A stretch of 64,000 nt of DNA, taken from assembly GCA_046483305.1 (NCBI GenBank), contig JAWODM010000014.1:1-64000 (forward strand), in the 5' to 3' direction. Source of the DNA: Candidatus Krumholzibacteriales bacterium (lineage in GTDB: Bacteria > Krumholzibacteriota > Krumholzibacteriia > Krumholzibacteriales > WJIX01). Under the pieces are notes generated by a model that saw nothing but the letters and a program-made list of their open reading frames with translations, made no database searches and had not been told where the DNA came from. Below are positions 24,585 to 35,354 of the stretch, one piece after another; the first letter of the stretch is position 1, and each line of letters begins with the position of its first letter. The translations under genes were made by a program, and so were the position numbers.

Positions 24585-25748
24585 TTAATCAGGCAGAATA
24601 TTGCCGTAATCTTTCAAAACCTCTCTGAAAATAACAATACGCTGAATCTCGCTGGTGCCCTCGTAAATCTCCATTGCCCTGGCATCACGGTACAGTCTCT
24701 CGACAAGAAACTCTCTGGTATAACCTACCCCCCCATGTATCTGCAGGGCTTTGTAAACCAGGTCATTAGCTGTCTCGCTGGCATGCAGCTTGGCCATGGA
24801 CGAGGCTTTGCTGCAGGGTTCTCCCCCGTCTCTCAGGCGGGCGGCCCTGTAAACCAGAAGCCTGGAGGCTTCCAGCCTGGTGGCCATACCGGCTATCTTG
24901 AACTGGTTACTCTGAAAATCCAGAATTCTCCTGCCGAACTGCCTGCGCTCCCACCCGTACTTCATAGCTTCATCCAGAGCGGCCCGGGCAATTCCCAGTG
25001 ACTGGGCCGCTATACCTATTCTTCCTCCGTCCAGCCCCCCCAGGGCTATACTCATACCCTGGCCCTCTTCACCCAGTATATTACCCGCCGGGACCTCGCA
25101 ATCCTCGAAGACCAGCTCCACGGTGGTGGAGGCGCACAGGCCCATCTTATCCTCTTCCTTGCCTATGGAAAAACCGGGGAAATCAGGTTCCACCACGAAT
25201 GCGCTTAACCCTCCCTTTCTGTCACCGGGATCGGTTCTGGCGAATACTATCAGGACCCCCGCTTTATCACCCGTTGATATAAAATTCTTAGTTCCGTTGA
25301 GCTTATACAGATCGCCTTCCAGAACCGCGGATGTGCTAATGGCGGTAACATCGCTTCCGGCTCCGGGTTCGGTGAGAGCATAGGCGCCCAGAGTTTCACC
25401 GGAAGCCAGGGAAGGCAGGTACTTCTGCTTCATCCGGTCAGTTCCAAATTTCAGGATAAGGTAGTTCACCAGTGAATTGTGAACGGATACCGCCACGGCC
25501 GTGGAAGCGCAGACTCTGCTGATCTCTTCTATAGCCAGAGCCAGGCAGAAATTGCTGAAATTGACTCCCCCGTATTCTTCCGGAACAGTCATACCCATGA
25601 AACCGAGTTCCCCCAGCTCCCTGTATATCTGATCCTGAAAAATACCCTCGCGGTTACTCTCCTCCGCAACAGCGGCCAGGGATCTGCCCGCAAAATCGGC
25701 GGCCGTTTTCCGGATCATTCTTTCCTCTTCACTCAACTGATATTCCAT
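24585..25748 (-). CDS. Acyl-CoA dehydrogenase (short/branched-chain type)
   Basis: YALTEPGAGSD, LNGTKNFIS, KMGL, GGRIGIAAQ, QIHGGVGY, IYEGTSEIQ. Start 25748 or 25769. Confidence 0.95.
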   Translation of the reverse strand: MEYQLSEEERMIRKTAADFAGRSLAAVAEESNREGIFQDQIYRELGELGFMGMTVPEEYGGVNFSNFCLALAIEEISRVCASTAVAVSVHNSLVNYLILKFGTDRMKQKYLPSLASGETLGAYALTEPGAGSDVTAISTSAVLEGDLYKLNGTKNFISTGDKAGVLIVFARTDPGDRKGGLSAFVVEPDFPGFSIGKEEDKMGLCASTTVELVFEDCEVPAGNILGEEGQGMSIALGGLDGGRIGIAAQSLGIARAALDEAMKYGWERRQFGRRILDFQSNQFKIAGMATRLEASRLLVYRAARLRDGGEPCSKASSMAKLHASETANDLVYKALQIHGGVGYTREFLVERLYRDARAMEIYEGTSEIQRIVIFREVLKDYGNILPD

Positions 25749-25937
25749 ACCCCGTCCTTGATAATTCATAAAATGGTCAATTACATCCGGCAGTTAACAT
25801 ACCATACAAAAGTTCTTTCAAATCTGTCAATGATTGAAGACCGATAAATATAAAATTCTGGCCTGCGGTCTTCGCCGGGCGGTCAGCAATGTCTCCCCGG
25901 ATAGGGCCGGCTTCCGGATATTTTTACGGCCGGCTCC

Positions 25938-28900
25938 CTATCTGAGCAATATCATTTTCCTGGTATCTTTGACGCCGCCTACATGCAGGCGGGCGAAATA
26001 TACTCCGCTGGCCACCATGCTTCCCCTTCTGTTGGTGCCGTCCCACTGCACGGAATGCCTTCCGCCGGGCAGAGGCCTGTTTACCAGCGTCTTTACCAGG
26101 GTTCCCCTCACGTCGTAAACTGCCAGCAATGCGTTGCTGTAATTACTGTTAGAACCAGGGACTGTAAATACAATCCTGGTAGAGGGGTTAAACGGGTTCG
26201 GATAATTCTGGTGAAGCCTGGCCCTGGTTACCGGTATGGCTATCCCCTCTGTCTCCAATGCCAGGCGGTCATCATCCTCGCTGCTCAGCATGTAGTAGTA
26301 GGTCACGCCCTCTCTGGTGGAGCGGTCTTCGTAGAGTATCATCCCGCTCTGGTCCGGGGCCAGTCCCCTGGCAATGATATCGAATTCGGCGCCGTCTTCT
26401 CTTCTGTATAGATTCCAGCGGGCTTCATCCGAGTTAACCAGCCATCTGGTCATTACCGTGGAGTTTTTAACCAGCTGGTAACTGAACATGATGTCGCTGG
26501 TGCCGGTAACTCCGGAATAATGATACCATCCATTATTATGCAGGTTGCCGTGAAAAGAAGACCAGGGGTCATAGTTATAGTAACTCCCGGCATCCAGGTC
26601 CCAGACATAGACATTCTGGTCCCAGCTGCAGGCGATTAATTCCACGTCGCCGTCCTGATCCAGATCCTTTACCGAAGGGGTTCCGCGGATATACCCTTTA
26701 AGTTTTATGGGGAATCCGGACAGATAGTTGCCGCTGATATCCCAGGCATTCAGCCAGCCGTCCTCGCACCCCAGAATAATGTCCAGCGAGTTATCGTTGT
26801 TGATGTCCGCGATTACGGGGGAAGACTCGGTTACGCCGCTGCCGCCGTTATCGTAGCTCTGCGGCCAGTTACTCAGAGTTGAACCGTCGTGCCTGAATAT
26901 CCAGCAATTGCCGGCGTTGTCGGGAATCACTACTTCCAGTTTTCCGTCTCCGGTCAGGTCGGCCAGGGCTGGCGATCCTACGAAATAGCCATTGGTATTT
27001 ATACTCCGCGGCCAGCTTCCTCCCAGTTCCGTTCCGTCGTGATTGTAGACCCGGACCCTCCATTTGTTGTTAACGACCACAACTTCCATCTCGCCGTCGC
27101 CGTCGATATCTCCAACAGCCGGGCTGGCGTTAAACTTTGCGTTGGCATCTGGTACCATAACCGGCCAGCCGCTGACATAGGAACCATCGTAATTGAGGCA
27201 GTAGACACTGTCCATATTGGCGCAGAACAGCAGTTCGACAACACCGTCTCCATCCATATCGGCGAAGCCTGGTGTGGAGGTATGCCAGCCGTTAGACTGC
27301 GAGCTGGCGTGGAAGAACACTCCGTCTGTACCCGGGTCGCCGTCACCGTCCATGAGCTCCGTTCCGTCGCCGTGCCATACGTAGATAGTGCCGTCTATAT
27401 CGAGCGCGGCTATTTCCATATCCCCGTCGCCGTCGAAATCGCCGGCAGCCGGGCTGGCCCAGCAGAGATAATTAGTCGGTTTCGGCCAGTTGGGAGTGAA
27501 GTTGTTACCCTCGCTGTCCAGTACATAAATCTCTGAGGTGTTCCACGAAGCTCCCACGATCTCGGAGCCGGGCTGGCCATCCAGGTCAACCAGGAGCGGC
27601 GTGGCGGTAAAGTTGTCTCCGCCGGTGCTGAAAATCCCCCAGGTCACCGGGAAATTATCTCCATCCCGGACCTCCACCCCGTCGTGATGCCAGGCATATA
27701 TATACTCCGCACCGATAACCAGCTCATAGTCCCGGTCCCCGTCGATATCGGAAACCTTGGGGCTGCTGGACGATTGCTCCGCCAGTTTGTTGGGCCATCC
27801 CTTAAGGTACGGAGGATTGGTGGTGGCCGAAACTTCATCGCTGAGCGGGCTCATATTGCCGCAGGAGTCAACGGCTGCTACCCGGTAATAGTACAGGCTG
27901 CTCGGCTCCAGGTTATAATCGTGATACATGGTATGGCGAAGGAGGTCATCGGTCACCCTGGTGAAGGGGCCTCCTGACTGATCCGACCTGTATACCATGA
28001 AATTGTTAAGGGTATCTCCGCCCGCTCCGTGATGCCAGTACAAAGCCATTTCGGTGGAGCCGTGGCTTGCATCAAGGATTATGTTCCGGGGGACCGGCGG
28101 CAGATCGAACTCTATCTCCTCTGACACTGCCCGCCCGTATTTATCGGTAAGGGTAAGAAGAACATGGTCGTTGCTGGATAAATCATCGTCTGAGAGAACA
28201 AACCCGTCACCGTATCCTATCCCCATATTCGCTATCTCTCCATAATTTGATATGCCGTCGGTGACTGTTACCGACGTGGTTTCGGGAACGGTTATTTCCC
28301 CTGCCAGGTCAATTGCCGCCCCTGTCCCGAAATTCTTGACTCCGATATTGAACAGGAAACTCTCCCCTTCTTCCAGGATCCCGTTCCCATTTCCGTACGG
28401 AGCCTCGTCCGACCAGTTGTTCACAAACAGCTCTATTTCCGGAGCGTGGACTTCCATGGCGAAACTCTCCGTCCAGAGGCCTCCGGTGGAATCGTGGATA
28501 TCAATTTCAAACTCAATGACCTCTTCATCCTGATACCCCGGGCTCACGCTTAACACGAATCCGCTGTTGCCCCATTCCTGCTGTGAGGGAGCAAGATCCG
28601 GATACAGCACGGTGCTGTCCGTCACCGTCACCCCCGTATCCTCGCAGCTTATAACAGCGTATAGTTTTTCGGCTGTTGTCTCGCCAGTATTCCTTATTTT
28701 TACGAACAGCCCCACGGATTCCCCGGAATCCAGAACCCCGTCCCCGTTCCCGCCCGAACTGTCTCCCACACCGGTATCCACCACTCTTAGAAATGGCCCG
28801 GCCTCAGTATTGACCGGGATAGTGTCCGAGAACACGCTGTGATTTATTCCGGTAACGGTAATGATTACCTCCCCGCTGTCCCTGCAGAGGAAATCATCAA

Positions 28901-30938
28901 AAGTGATGCTTCCGGAAGGGTCCGTCCTGCCGTAAACATAATCATCATTCTCCTTGTAGAGGCAGACCCGGGCGGAGTCGAAAGGCGAACCTCCGCTTTG
29001 CACCGTAACGGTAACATTATTTTTTCCCGGATACAGCTCGGCGGGGAAAGCCACGTCGAACACCTGCACACTGTCGCTGAACATCATCGCTTCGGGATCA
29101 CCCAGCAGGTTGTAGATAAAATGAGTCCACCGGTCACTGCTTTCACTGGTGGCTCCCGGCGTGTGTTCCTCCCGTGAGCCTACATGAAGTTTACCCAGTT
29201 CCGAAACAGAGCTGTCATAAAGCAGGTTGTAATAATCCTCCATATAATAACGCGAGGTACTGGGAAAAGCTGATCTGCTGCAACCGGTAACCGCATACGC
29301 TCCTCCGCCGGGATTAAGCATGAAGTATTCTGCCAGGCAGTCGGTATCGAAAGCGACATTGGTACAGTTCATCAGGTACATCGAAAATACCGCGTCCCCG
29401 TTGGTCAGGGACCAGGCATCACCGTTAAGTACATTCGCGTCCCCTACCGACATGTTATATTTATACCCGTGTCCGGCGTGCATCACATGATTGGTGCCGG
29501 CATTCATGTAAGAAATAGCATTCGCCTTGTTAAGGAGCACCGAACCGGGGTAATCGTAATAATTTTCATAGAGCCTGTCCGTCAGGATGCCTGTTCCCTC
29601 AAGATGATCTGTATAAATGGCGTTAAGAATCTCAGCTCCATCCAGGACTATATCCTCCCCGTAAACCCAGTCGGCAGGGAATATCACCTCTCCCAGCATC
29701 AGAAACTTCTTCTTTGAGGAAGCGTCGGCAGGCGCCAGGTAATTTATGGTCTTGTCGATGAGATTCTGAGCTTCGGAATAGGTGGATGCCGGCATTCTCC
29801 CTATATATACTTCGGAGTAAAGGTCCGCATCGTCACCGGGGTCCAGATTGCCGCGAAACGCCTCTCCCCACAGTGAATCTCCATCCGCATTCCAGTTCCC
29901 GTCCAGGCAGGAGTAATACATATCGGTGGGAATTAATTCTCCGCTGTAGAAGGTAGTATATCCGAATCTCTCCGGTATCACATCGGTATCGCCGCCAAGA
30001 AGTACCCACTCAACCCCCCACTTCGCGTAGGCGTCAACTATGAAGTTTCTTATGGTTTCTGCGAGGTCTACACCATTTCTGGAATTATTCCTTATCCATT
30101 CGGTTGTTCTTACCACAGCGGGAACGCCGGTTCTGGTTTTGTAATCGGCGAAATACTGAAAAGCCGATTCCAGTTCCTGATTCGTAATAATAAGGTATTT
30201 TACCGAGCTCCCCTCCATGCTGGGGAGATAGCTCGGGAGAAATTCTCTGGTCTCTTCGGATACCTCTATATCGCTGAAGGAGTAACTCCCGGCCATATTG
30301 GAATTCTCAACTATCCCTTCTACCACCGACCTGGACTCCTCCCTGAAACCGTCGACATGCCTGATCCTCCTGGCAGTGCCGGGATCGGATGGAGCTGGCG
30401 ATGTGCTGACCGATATCTCGGCGCTTTCGATAATGCTTACCCGCCCGCTTTCAAGCGAATAGTGAACAGGATAAACCGCGATGGACGCTATTCTGTAACC
30501 CCTGTAATTTCCAGTACCCAGATACCGGACGTTCCACCGGGGAAATACCGAATCCGGGCCGGTGACTTCTTTCCTGTCGGCCGGGATCCCCAGAACCGCT
30601 CCGTCCTGGCGGTAAAGACCTTTGAAAGGAGCCAGAGTAACCGGCTTTGAAAGGTCACTGGAAATCACGTTGATAAGTCTGACCGAAGATACCTCCTGAC
30701 CCTGGGGAATCAGGATATTGACCACTCTGTAAGGTAACGAAGGGTAATCAAGGTACTCGGTTTTTCTGTATCCCTCCAGCTTCACTTCATTGCCGCCGGG
30801 GGCGGTTTCAGATATGGAGATTTCGGATCTGTTCAGACTGAATTCCCAGGAAATCTCAGAAGCTTCAGTAAATCCGGAAGAAGCCAGGACGGCAAGAACA
30901 GCAATAATATAAATCAATACAAAGCGGAACCGGTTCAT
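25938..30938 (-). CDS. Secreted C25 (gingipain-family) cysteine peptidase with propeptide, Ig/FN3 domains, FG-GAP repeats and C-terminal FlgD-Ig/T9SS-like domain
   Basis: Signal peptide. YLIIT, WVLLGGD, TDMYYSCLDG, IGRMP, HAGHG and MNC (His/Cys dyad), YNLLGDP. Repeated SSP..D.DGDG..E units. C-terminus LHQNYPNPFNPST...SGVYF...KMILLR. Confidence 0.9.
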   Translation of the reverse strand: MNRFRFVLIYIIAVLAVLASSGFTEASEISWEFSLNRSEISISETAPGGNEVKLEGYRKTEYLDYPSLPYRVVNILIPQGQEVSSVRLINVISSDLSKPVTLAPFKGLYRQDGAVLGIPADRKEVTGPDSVFPRWNVRYLGTGNYRGYRIASIAVYPVHYSLESGRVSIIESAEISVSTSPAPSDPGTARRIRHVDGFREESRSVVEGIVENSNMAGSYSFSDIEVSEETREFLPSYLPSMEGSSVKYLIITNQELESAFQYFADYKTRTGVPAVVRTTEWIRNNSRNGVDLAETIRNFIVDAYAKWGVEWVLLGGDTDVIPERFGYTTFYSGELIPTDMYYSCLDGNWNADGDSLWGEAFRGNLDPGDDADLYSEVYIGRMPASTYSEAQNLIDKTINYLAPADASSKKKFLMLGEVIFPADWVYGEDIVLDGAEILNAIYTDHLEGTGILTDRLYENYYDYPGSVLLNKANAISYMNAGTNHVMHAGHGYKYNMSVGDANVLNGDAWSLTNGDAVFSMYLMNCTNVAFDTDCLAEYFMLNPGGGAYAVTGCSRSAFPSTSRYYMEDYYNLLYDSSVSELGKLHVGSREEHTPGATSESSDRWTHFIYNLLGDPEAMMFSDSVQVFDVAFPAELYPGKNNVTVTVQSGGSPFDSARVCLYKENDDYVYGRTDPSGSITFDDFLCRDSGEVIITVTGINHSVFSDTIPVNTEAGPFLRVVDTGVGDSSGGNGDGVLDSGESVGLFVKIRNTGETTAEKLYAVISCEDTGVTVTDSTVLYPDLAPSQQEWGNSGFVLSVSPGYQDEEVIEFEIDIHDSTGGLWTESFAMEVHAPEIELFVNNWSDEAPYGNGNGILEEGESFLFNIGVKNFGTGAAIDLAGEITVPETTSVTVTDGISNYGEIANMGIGYGDGFVLSDDDLSSNDHVLLTLTDKYGRAVSEEIEFDLPPVPRNIILDASHGSTEMALYWHHGAGGDTLNNFMVYRSDQSGGPFTRVTDDLLRHTMYHDYNLEPSSLYYYRVAAVDSCGNMSPLSDEVSATTNPPYLKGWPNKLAEQSSSSPKVSDIDGDRDYELVIGAEYIYAWHHDGVEVRDGDNFPVTWGIFSTGGDNFTATPLLVDLDGQPGSEIVGASWNTSEIYVLDSEGNNFTPNWPKPTNYLCWASPAAGDFDGDGDMEIAALDIDGTIYVWHGDGTELMDGDGDPGTDGVFFHASSQSNGWHTSTPGFADMDGDGVVELLFCANMDSVYCLNYDGSYVSGWPVMVPDANAKFNASPAVGDIDGDGEMEVVVVNNKWRVRVYNHDGTELGGSWPRSINTNGYFVGSPALADLTGDGKLEVVIPDNAGNCWIFRHDGSTLSNWPQSYDNGGSGVTESSPVIADINNDNSLDIILGCEDGWLNAWDISGNYLSGFPIKLKGYIRGTPSVKDLDQDGDVELIACSWDQNVYVWDLDAGSYYNYDPWSSFHGNLHNNGWYHYSGVTGTSDIMFSYQLVKNSTVMTRWLVNSDEARWNLYRREDGAEFDIIARGLAPDQSGMILYEDRSTREGVTYYYMLSSEDDDRLALETEGIAIPVTRARLHQNYPNPFNPSTRIVFTVPGSNSNYSNALLAVYDVRGTLVKTLVNRPLPGGRHSVQWDGTNRRGSMVASGVYFARLHVGGVKDTRKMILLR

Positions 30939-31402
30939 TACCTTTCCTCCTTAATTCATAGATCACTCGCACAGAATTTTCTGCTTGGTTCTTTTAACTA
31001 TTTTGCCTCTGTATCATTCTGCCAGTTACTGAACTCCTTGTGCTGATAGAGGCAGAGGGAGAGATTGATTAATAACTTCGTTTATTCTACTATATTTACC
31101 CGCATTTGTCAACCCAATAACAACTGAAGTAGTTATTTTCCAGGAAGTTAACAAAGTACTTCAGCCGCAACCGCATAGACCAGAATAGGTTGAATTCGAA
31201 CCGCTCAAAGTGGTGAATAGCGAAAACCGCCCCGGGGAACGAAAAAGCCCCGGACCAGAGCGGCAGACTCTCAACAGGGATTCTAAATTGAGATATATCT
31301 TCCCTTTTAATTACCGATATCTTAATCTATCTTCCAGAGAATTTTTCCGTCTGAAACGCCGGGATGTAATGTTTATCTATTTTACAGATTGGTAAAATCG
31401 GC

Positions 31403-32572
31403 ATGAACCCTGAAAAACCGAGAATACTGATGGTGATAAAGAAGTTTCACCAGGATTATCCGGGAGGGGGCACTGAACGTTCCGGATACCGGCTGGCCAG
31501 GGCCCTGTCGGAAAATGGCACCGGGATTGATATAGCGGGAGCCCGGATGCAGCGGCATTGGAAACGGAAAGAGCTTGCGGGAGACAGGAAAAACCCGATA
31601 CAGGTACAGAGGCTGTTTCACCCCCGGATAAGAATTCTGGGGACTCTCATATACAATATACTTTTACTGATAAAGCTTATCAGGGACAGGGGCAGATATT
31701 CCTGCGCTCATATTCATTTCGCTTCATTCGAGATGATGACCGCAGTGATAGCGGGATACCTTGGCGGCCCGCCGGTTATCTGCAAGATAGCCTGCAGCGG
31801 AGAATCGGGAGAACTGATCAAAGCGGGAAAAAGATATTTTTCCCCTGTCTTCTTTTTTCTCCTCAGACGGGTCGACGCGGCTGTCGCGCTGAGCGGCCAG
31901 ATCAGGGATGAATTAATCGCCGCCGGCATGGCAAAAGAAAAAATTCATATTATACCCAACGGAATAGACACTTCCGTTTATCGCCCCCCCGATTCAGCGG
32001 CCAGATCTGACAGGAGAAAGATACTGGGGCTGGAAGGTTACGATCATGTTCTGATATTTACCGGAAGGTTAACCAGGCAGAAGGGATTGGATGTGCTTTT
32101 CAGGTCGCTCGGCATGATCGGTAACCGGAATTACATTCTGATTATAGCCGGGCGGGGAGAAATGGAACCGCGGCTGAGGGCTCTGGCGGACGAACTGGGG
32201 ATAAGTAAAAGGATACGTTTCGCCGGCCCCGTAAAAGACGTCCTGTCGTTATATCAGGCCGGTGATATATTTGTTCTCCCCTCCAGGGATGAAGGCCTTT
32301 CCAACTCTCTTCTGGAGGCGATGTCGTCCGGCATGAAAGCAATCGCAACCGGGATAAGCGGGTCATCGGAAGTAATAGAAGATGGCGAGTCGGGGATTCT
32401 GGTTCCCCCTGGGGATGAGGCGGCGCTGGCCGGCGCGCTGCGGAAAGCTTTCTCAAATAATAACCATATGGGGGAGAAAGCCAGAGACAGAGTTGTCTCC
32501 AACTATTCCATTGGCCGCATAGCCGAAGAATACTTATCGCTCTATTCCAGTCTCACGGGAGATAATCAATGA
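31403..32572 (+). CDS. Glycosyltransferase family 4
   Basis: GGGTE, IPNGID, FTGRLTRQKG, FVLPSRDEGLSNSLLEAMSSG. Confidence 0.93.
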   Translation: MNPEKPRILMVIKKFHQDYPGGGTERSGYRLARALSENGTGIDIAGARMQRHWKRKELAGDRKNPIQVQRLFHPRIRILGTLIYNILLLIKLIRDRGRYSCAHIHFASFEMMTAVIAGYLGGPPVICKIACSGESGELIKAGKRYFSPVFFFLLRRVDAAVALSGQIRDELIAAGMAKEKIHIIPNGIDTSVYRPPDSAARSDRRKILGLEGYDHVLIFTGRLTRQKGLDVLFRSLGMIGNRNYILIIAGRGEMEPRLRALADELGISKRIRFAGPVKDVLSLYQAGDIFVLPSRDEGLSNSLLEAMSSGMKAIATGISGSSEVIEDGESGILVPPGDEAALAGALRKAFSNNNHMGEKARDRVVSNYSIGRIAEEYLSLYSSLTGDNQ

Positions 32573-32609
32573 AACAGAGAGAGGGGAAAGGGCCCCTCGG
32601 GCGAAGCCC

Positions 32610-35201
32610 TTATGCCAGGCTGAAATCCACCGCGCCGTTTTTCCAGTCCGCCTTTACGGAACTGCCTTCGGGGATATCCCTGTCCAGAAGTTTTCTGGCC
32701 AGCGGATTGAGAAGCATCTTCTGAATCAGCCTCTTCAACGGCCTGGCCCCATATTCAGGGTCGTAACCCTTCTCCGCGATAACTTCACGGAGTTCGCCGG
32801 TTACTTCCAGGGTTATCCCCCTGTCGCGGAGTCTCTGATTGACTTTCTCAATCTGAATATCCACTATCCCTGCTATGTCTTCTCTGGTAAGGAAGTTGAA
32901 TGTCACAATCTCATCTATTCTGTTCAGAAATTCAGGCCTGAAGAAATTCTTCAGTTCATTTTTCATCTTCTCCGATATCTCCCGCTCGCTCAGTACATCC
33001 CTCTCGTTGAGGAACCTGCTGCCCAGATTTGAGGTCATTATCACAATGGTGTTCTTGAAATCGACGGTCCTGCCCTTTGCGTCGGTCAGCCGCCCCTCTC
33101 CGAGGAGCTGGAGCAGCACGTTGAAAACCTCCGGATGGGCTTTCTCAATCTCGTCGAAAAGAACCACCGAATAAGGTGTCCTTCTGACTGTCTCGGTCAG
33201 ATAACCTCCTTCATCGTATCCCACATAGCCGGGCGGGGAACCGATAAGCCTGGACACGGAATGTTTCTCCATATATTCGGACATGTCGATTCTCACAATA
33301 TTACGCTCATCTCCAAACAGAATCTCGGCCACAGCCTTGGAGAGCTCGGTCTTTCCCACTCCGGTCGGCCCCAGGAATATAAAGGAACCGAGAGGCTGCT
33401 GCGGATCGTGCAGTCCCGCTCTCGACCTTCTGATCGAATCGCTTACCACCTGGACCGCCTCATCCTGCCCAACCACTCTCTCCCTGATTCTTTCCTCCAG
33501 GTGGGCGATCTTCTGACGCTCCTCCTCCAGCATTCTGCTGACCGGTATGCCGGTCCATCTGCTTACGATTTCAGCGATGTCGTCATCAGTGACCTCTTCG
33601 CGGATGAGCTGGCAGTCTCTTCTGCCGTTCTCCTCGAACTTTTTCCTGGCGAGCTCTATTTCTTTTCGCAGTCCGGCTATAACTCCGTACCGGAGTTCAG
33701 CAACCTTCTCCAGGTTGCCCTCTCTTTTCGCCAGTTCTTCGCTGGTTTTTGCCTCATCCAGCTTCTCCTGCAGTTTCCTGATTTCATCGACCGCTCTTCT
33801 TTCCTTTTCCCAGATATCCTTTATATTCTTCTCCTCTTTCAGAAATTTATCCAGCCGTTTTTCCAGTTCTTTCAGCCTCTTGCTGGTTTGAGGATCATCC
33901 TTTTCTTTTTCCAGGGCCTTCTTCTCTATCTGCAGCCTGGTGACCTTATCCTGAATGAGGGCCAGCCTGGCCGGCACGCTTTCACTCTCCATCCTGAGCC
34001 TTGAAGCCGCCTCGTCTACAAGGTCTATCGCCTTATCGGGGAGGAACCTTCCCCCTATATAGCGGTCCGAAAGCTCAACCGCGTGAACCAGAGCTTTATC
34101 CGTGATCCTGACTCCATGATGGACTTCATATTTTTCCTTCAGCCCTCTCAGAATAGAAATAGCTTCTTCAGGGGTGGGCTCGTCGATTTTTACAATCTGG
34201 AATCTTCTCTCCAGCGCGGCATCCTTTTCGATATACTTTCTGTATTCATCCAGAGTGGTGGCCCCTATGCATTTCAACTCCCCCCTGGCCAGGGATGGCT
34301 TGATCATGTTGGACGCGTCAACAGCGCCTTCAGCGGCCCCGGCGCCTACTATGGTATGAAGCTCGTCTATAAACAGTATTACCTGTCCGGCCCGGTTCTT
34401 AATCTCCTTCAGAACCGCCTTGAATCTCTCCTCGAACTCTCCCCGGAACTTTGCTCCGGCCACTATCGCTCCCATGTCCAGGCCGAGGACCTTCTTGTCC
34501 TTGACGCTCTCCGGGACTTCGCCCTCGGCTATCCGGCGGGCGATGCCCTCCACTATAGCTGTTTTCCCCACACCCGGTTCACCGATAAGCACCGGATTGT
34601 TCTTCTTTCTTCGCGAAAGTACCTGGATAACCCTTCTTATTTCCTCATCTCTGCCGATTACCGGATCCAGTTTTCCCTCACGGGCCAGTTTAACAAAATC
34701 GGTAGTATACTTTTCCAGAGCCTGGTATGTATCCTCGGGGTTCTGATCGGTAATCCTCTGAGACCCCCTTACGGACTCCAGAGCCGCCATAATAGCATCC
34801 CTGGTAATTCCGTGCCTGCCAAGGATTCTTCCGGCGCCGTGACTTTCGTCAGAGAGAACCAGAAGCATGTGCTCTGTACTTACGAATTCATCCTTGAATT
34901 TGGACGCTTCCGCTACGGATGCCGAAAGAATACCCCCCAGATCACCCGATATCCGCGGATCCGGAGGAGAACCCTCAACCCTGGGGAGTTTATTAAGCTC
35001 GCTGTCTATTTCCCCGGCTATCGTTTCCATCCCCACCCCCATCTTATCCAGCAGAGCTGAAACGATCCCGTCCTTCTGCTCTATGAGGGCGCTGAGAAGA
35101 TGCACGGGGGTTATCTCGGTGTGCTTTCTCCGGAATGCTGTTTCCCTCGCGTCAGCCAGGGCCTCTCTTGCTTTTTCCGTAAATTTATCCAATCGATACA
35201 T
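32610..35201 (-). CDS. clpB: ATP-dependent chaperone ClpB
   Basis: Clp N domain, [21 protein letters not shown], long coiled-coil middle domain, [15 protein letters not shown]. No IGF ClpP-docking loop seen. Confidence 0.96.
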   Translation of the reverse strand: MYRLDKFTEKAREALADARETAFRRKHTEITPVHLLSALIEQKDGIVSALLDKMGVGMETIAGEIDSELNKLPRVEGSPPDPRISGDLGGILSASVAEASKFKDEFVSTEHMLLVLSDESHGAGRILGRHGITRDAIMAALESVRGSQRITDQNPEDTYQALEKYTTDFVKLAREGKLDPVIGRDEEIRRVIQVLSRRKKNNPVLIGEPGVGKTAIVEGIARRIAEGEVPESVKDKKVLGLDMGAIVAGAKFRGEFEERFKAVLKEIKNRAGQVILFIDELHTIVGAGAAEGAVDASNMIKPSLARGELKCIGATTLDEYRKYIEKDAALERRFQIVKIDEPTPEEAISILRGLKEKYEVHHGVRITDKALVHAVELSDRYIGGRFLPDKAIDLVDEAASRLRMESESVPARLALIQDKVTRLQIEKKALEKEKDDPQTSKRLKELEKRLDKFLKEEKNIKDIWEKERRAVDEIRKLQEKLDEAKTSEELAKREGNLEKVAELRYGVIAGLRKEIELARKKFEENGRRDCQLIREEVTDDDIAEIVSRWTGIPVSRMLEEERQKIAHLEERIRERVVGQDEAVQVVSDSIRRSRAGLHDPQQPLGSFIFLGPTGVGKTELSKAVAEILFGDERNIVRIDMSEYMEKHSVSRLIGSPPGYVGYDEGGYLTETVRRTPYSVVLFDEIEKAHPEVFNVLLQLLGEGRLTDAKGRTVDFKNTIVIMTSNLGSRFLNERDVLSEREISEKMKNELKNFFRPEFLNRIDEIVTFNFLTREDIAGIVDIQIEKVNQRLRDRGITLEVTGELREVIAEKGYDPEYGARPLKRLIQKMLLNPLARKLLDRDIPEGSSVKADWKNGAVDFSLA

Positions 35202-35243
35202 ATTTATAACTCTCCTTTAAAAAGATTTCTGTATGTTAACTAC

Positions 35244-35260
35244 CGCAGTTTATATGCCAA
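35244..35260 (-). promoter_or_regulatory. Putative sigma54 promoter of clpB
   Basis: Minus strand TTGGCAT-ATAAA-CTGC with GG-N10-GC spacing, about 45 bp upstream of the clpB ATG. Confidence 0.6.
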
Positions 35261-35354
35261 TTCAATGATTGGTAAGCCAAGCTGTTATATTACTTATAGT
35301 TATAACAGTCTCACCTGTTAATAGCTTCCGGAATCAGAAGTACCTTGACTCATG

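Noticed and set aside
26600..27760. Recurrent CCGTCGCCGTC-like nucleotide repeats (CRISPR-like?)
   Set aside because: They encode D-G-D-G FG-GAP protein repeats, are irregularly spaced and have no cas genes nearby.
33135..35060. 289-aa and 325-aa plus-strand ORFs
   Set aside because: Antisense shadows of clpB.
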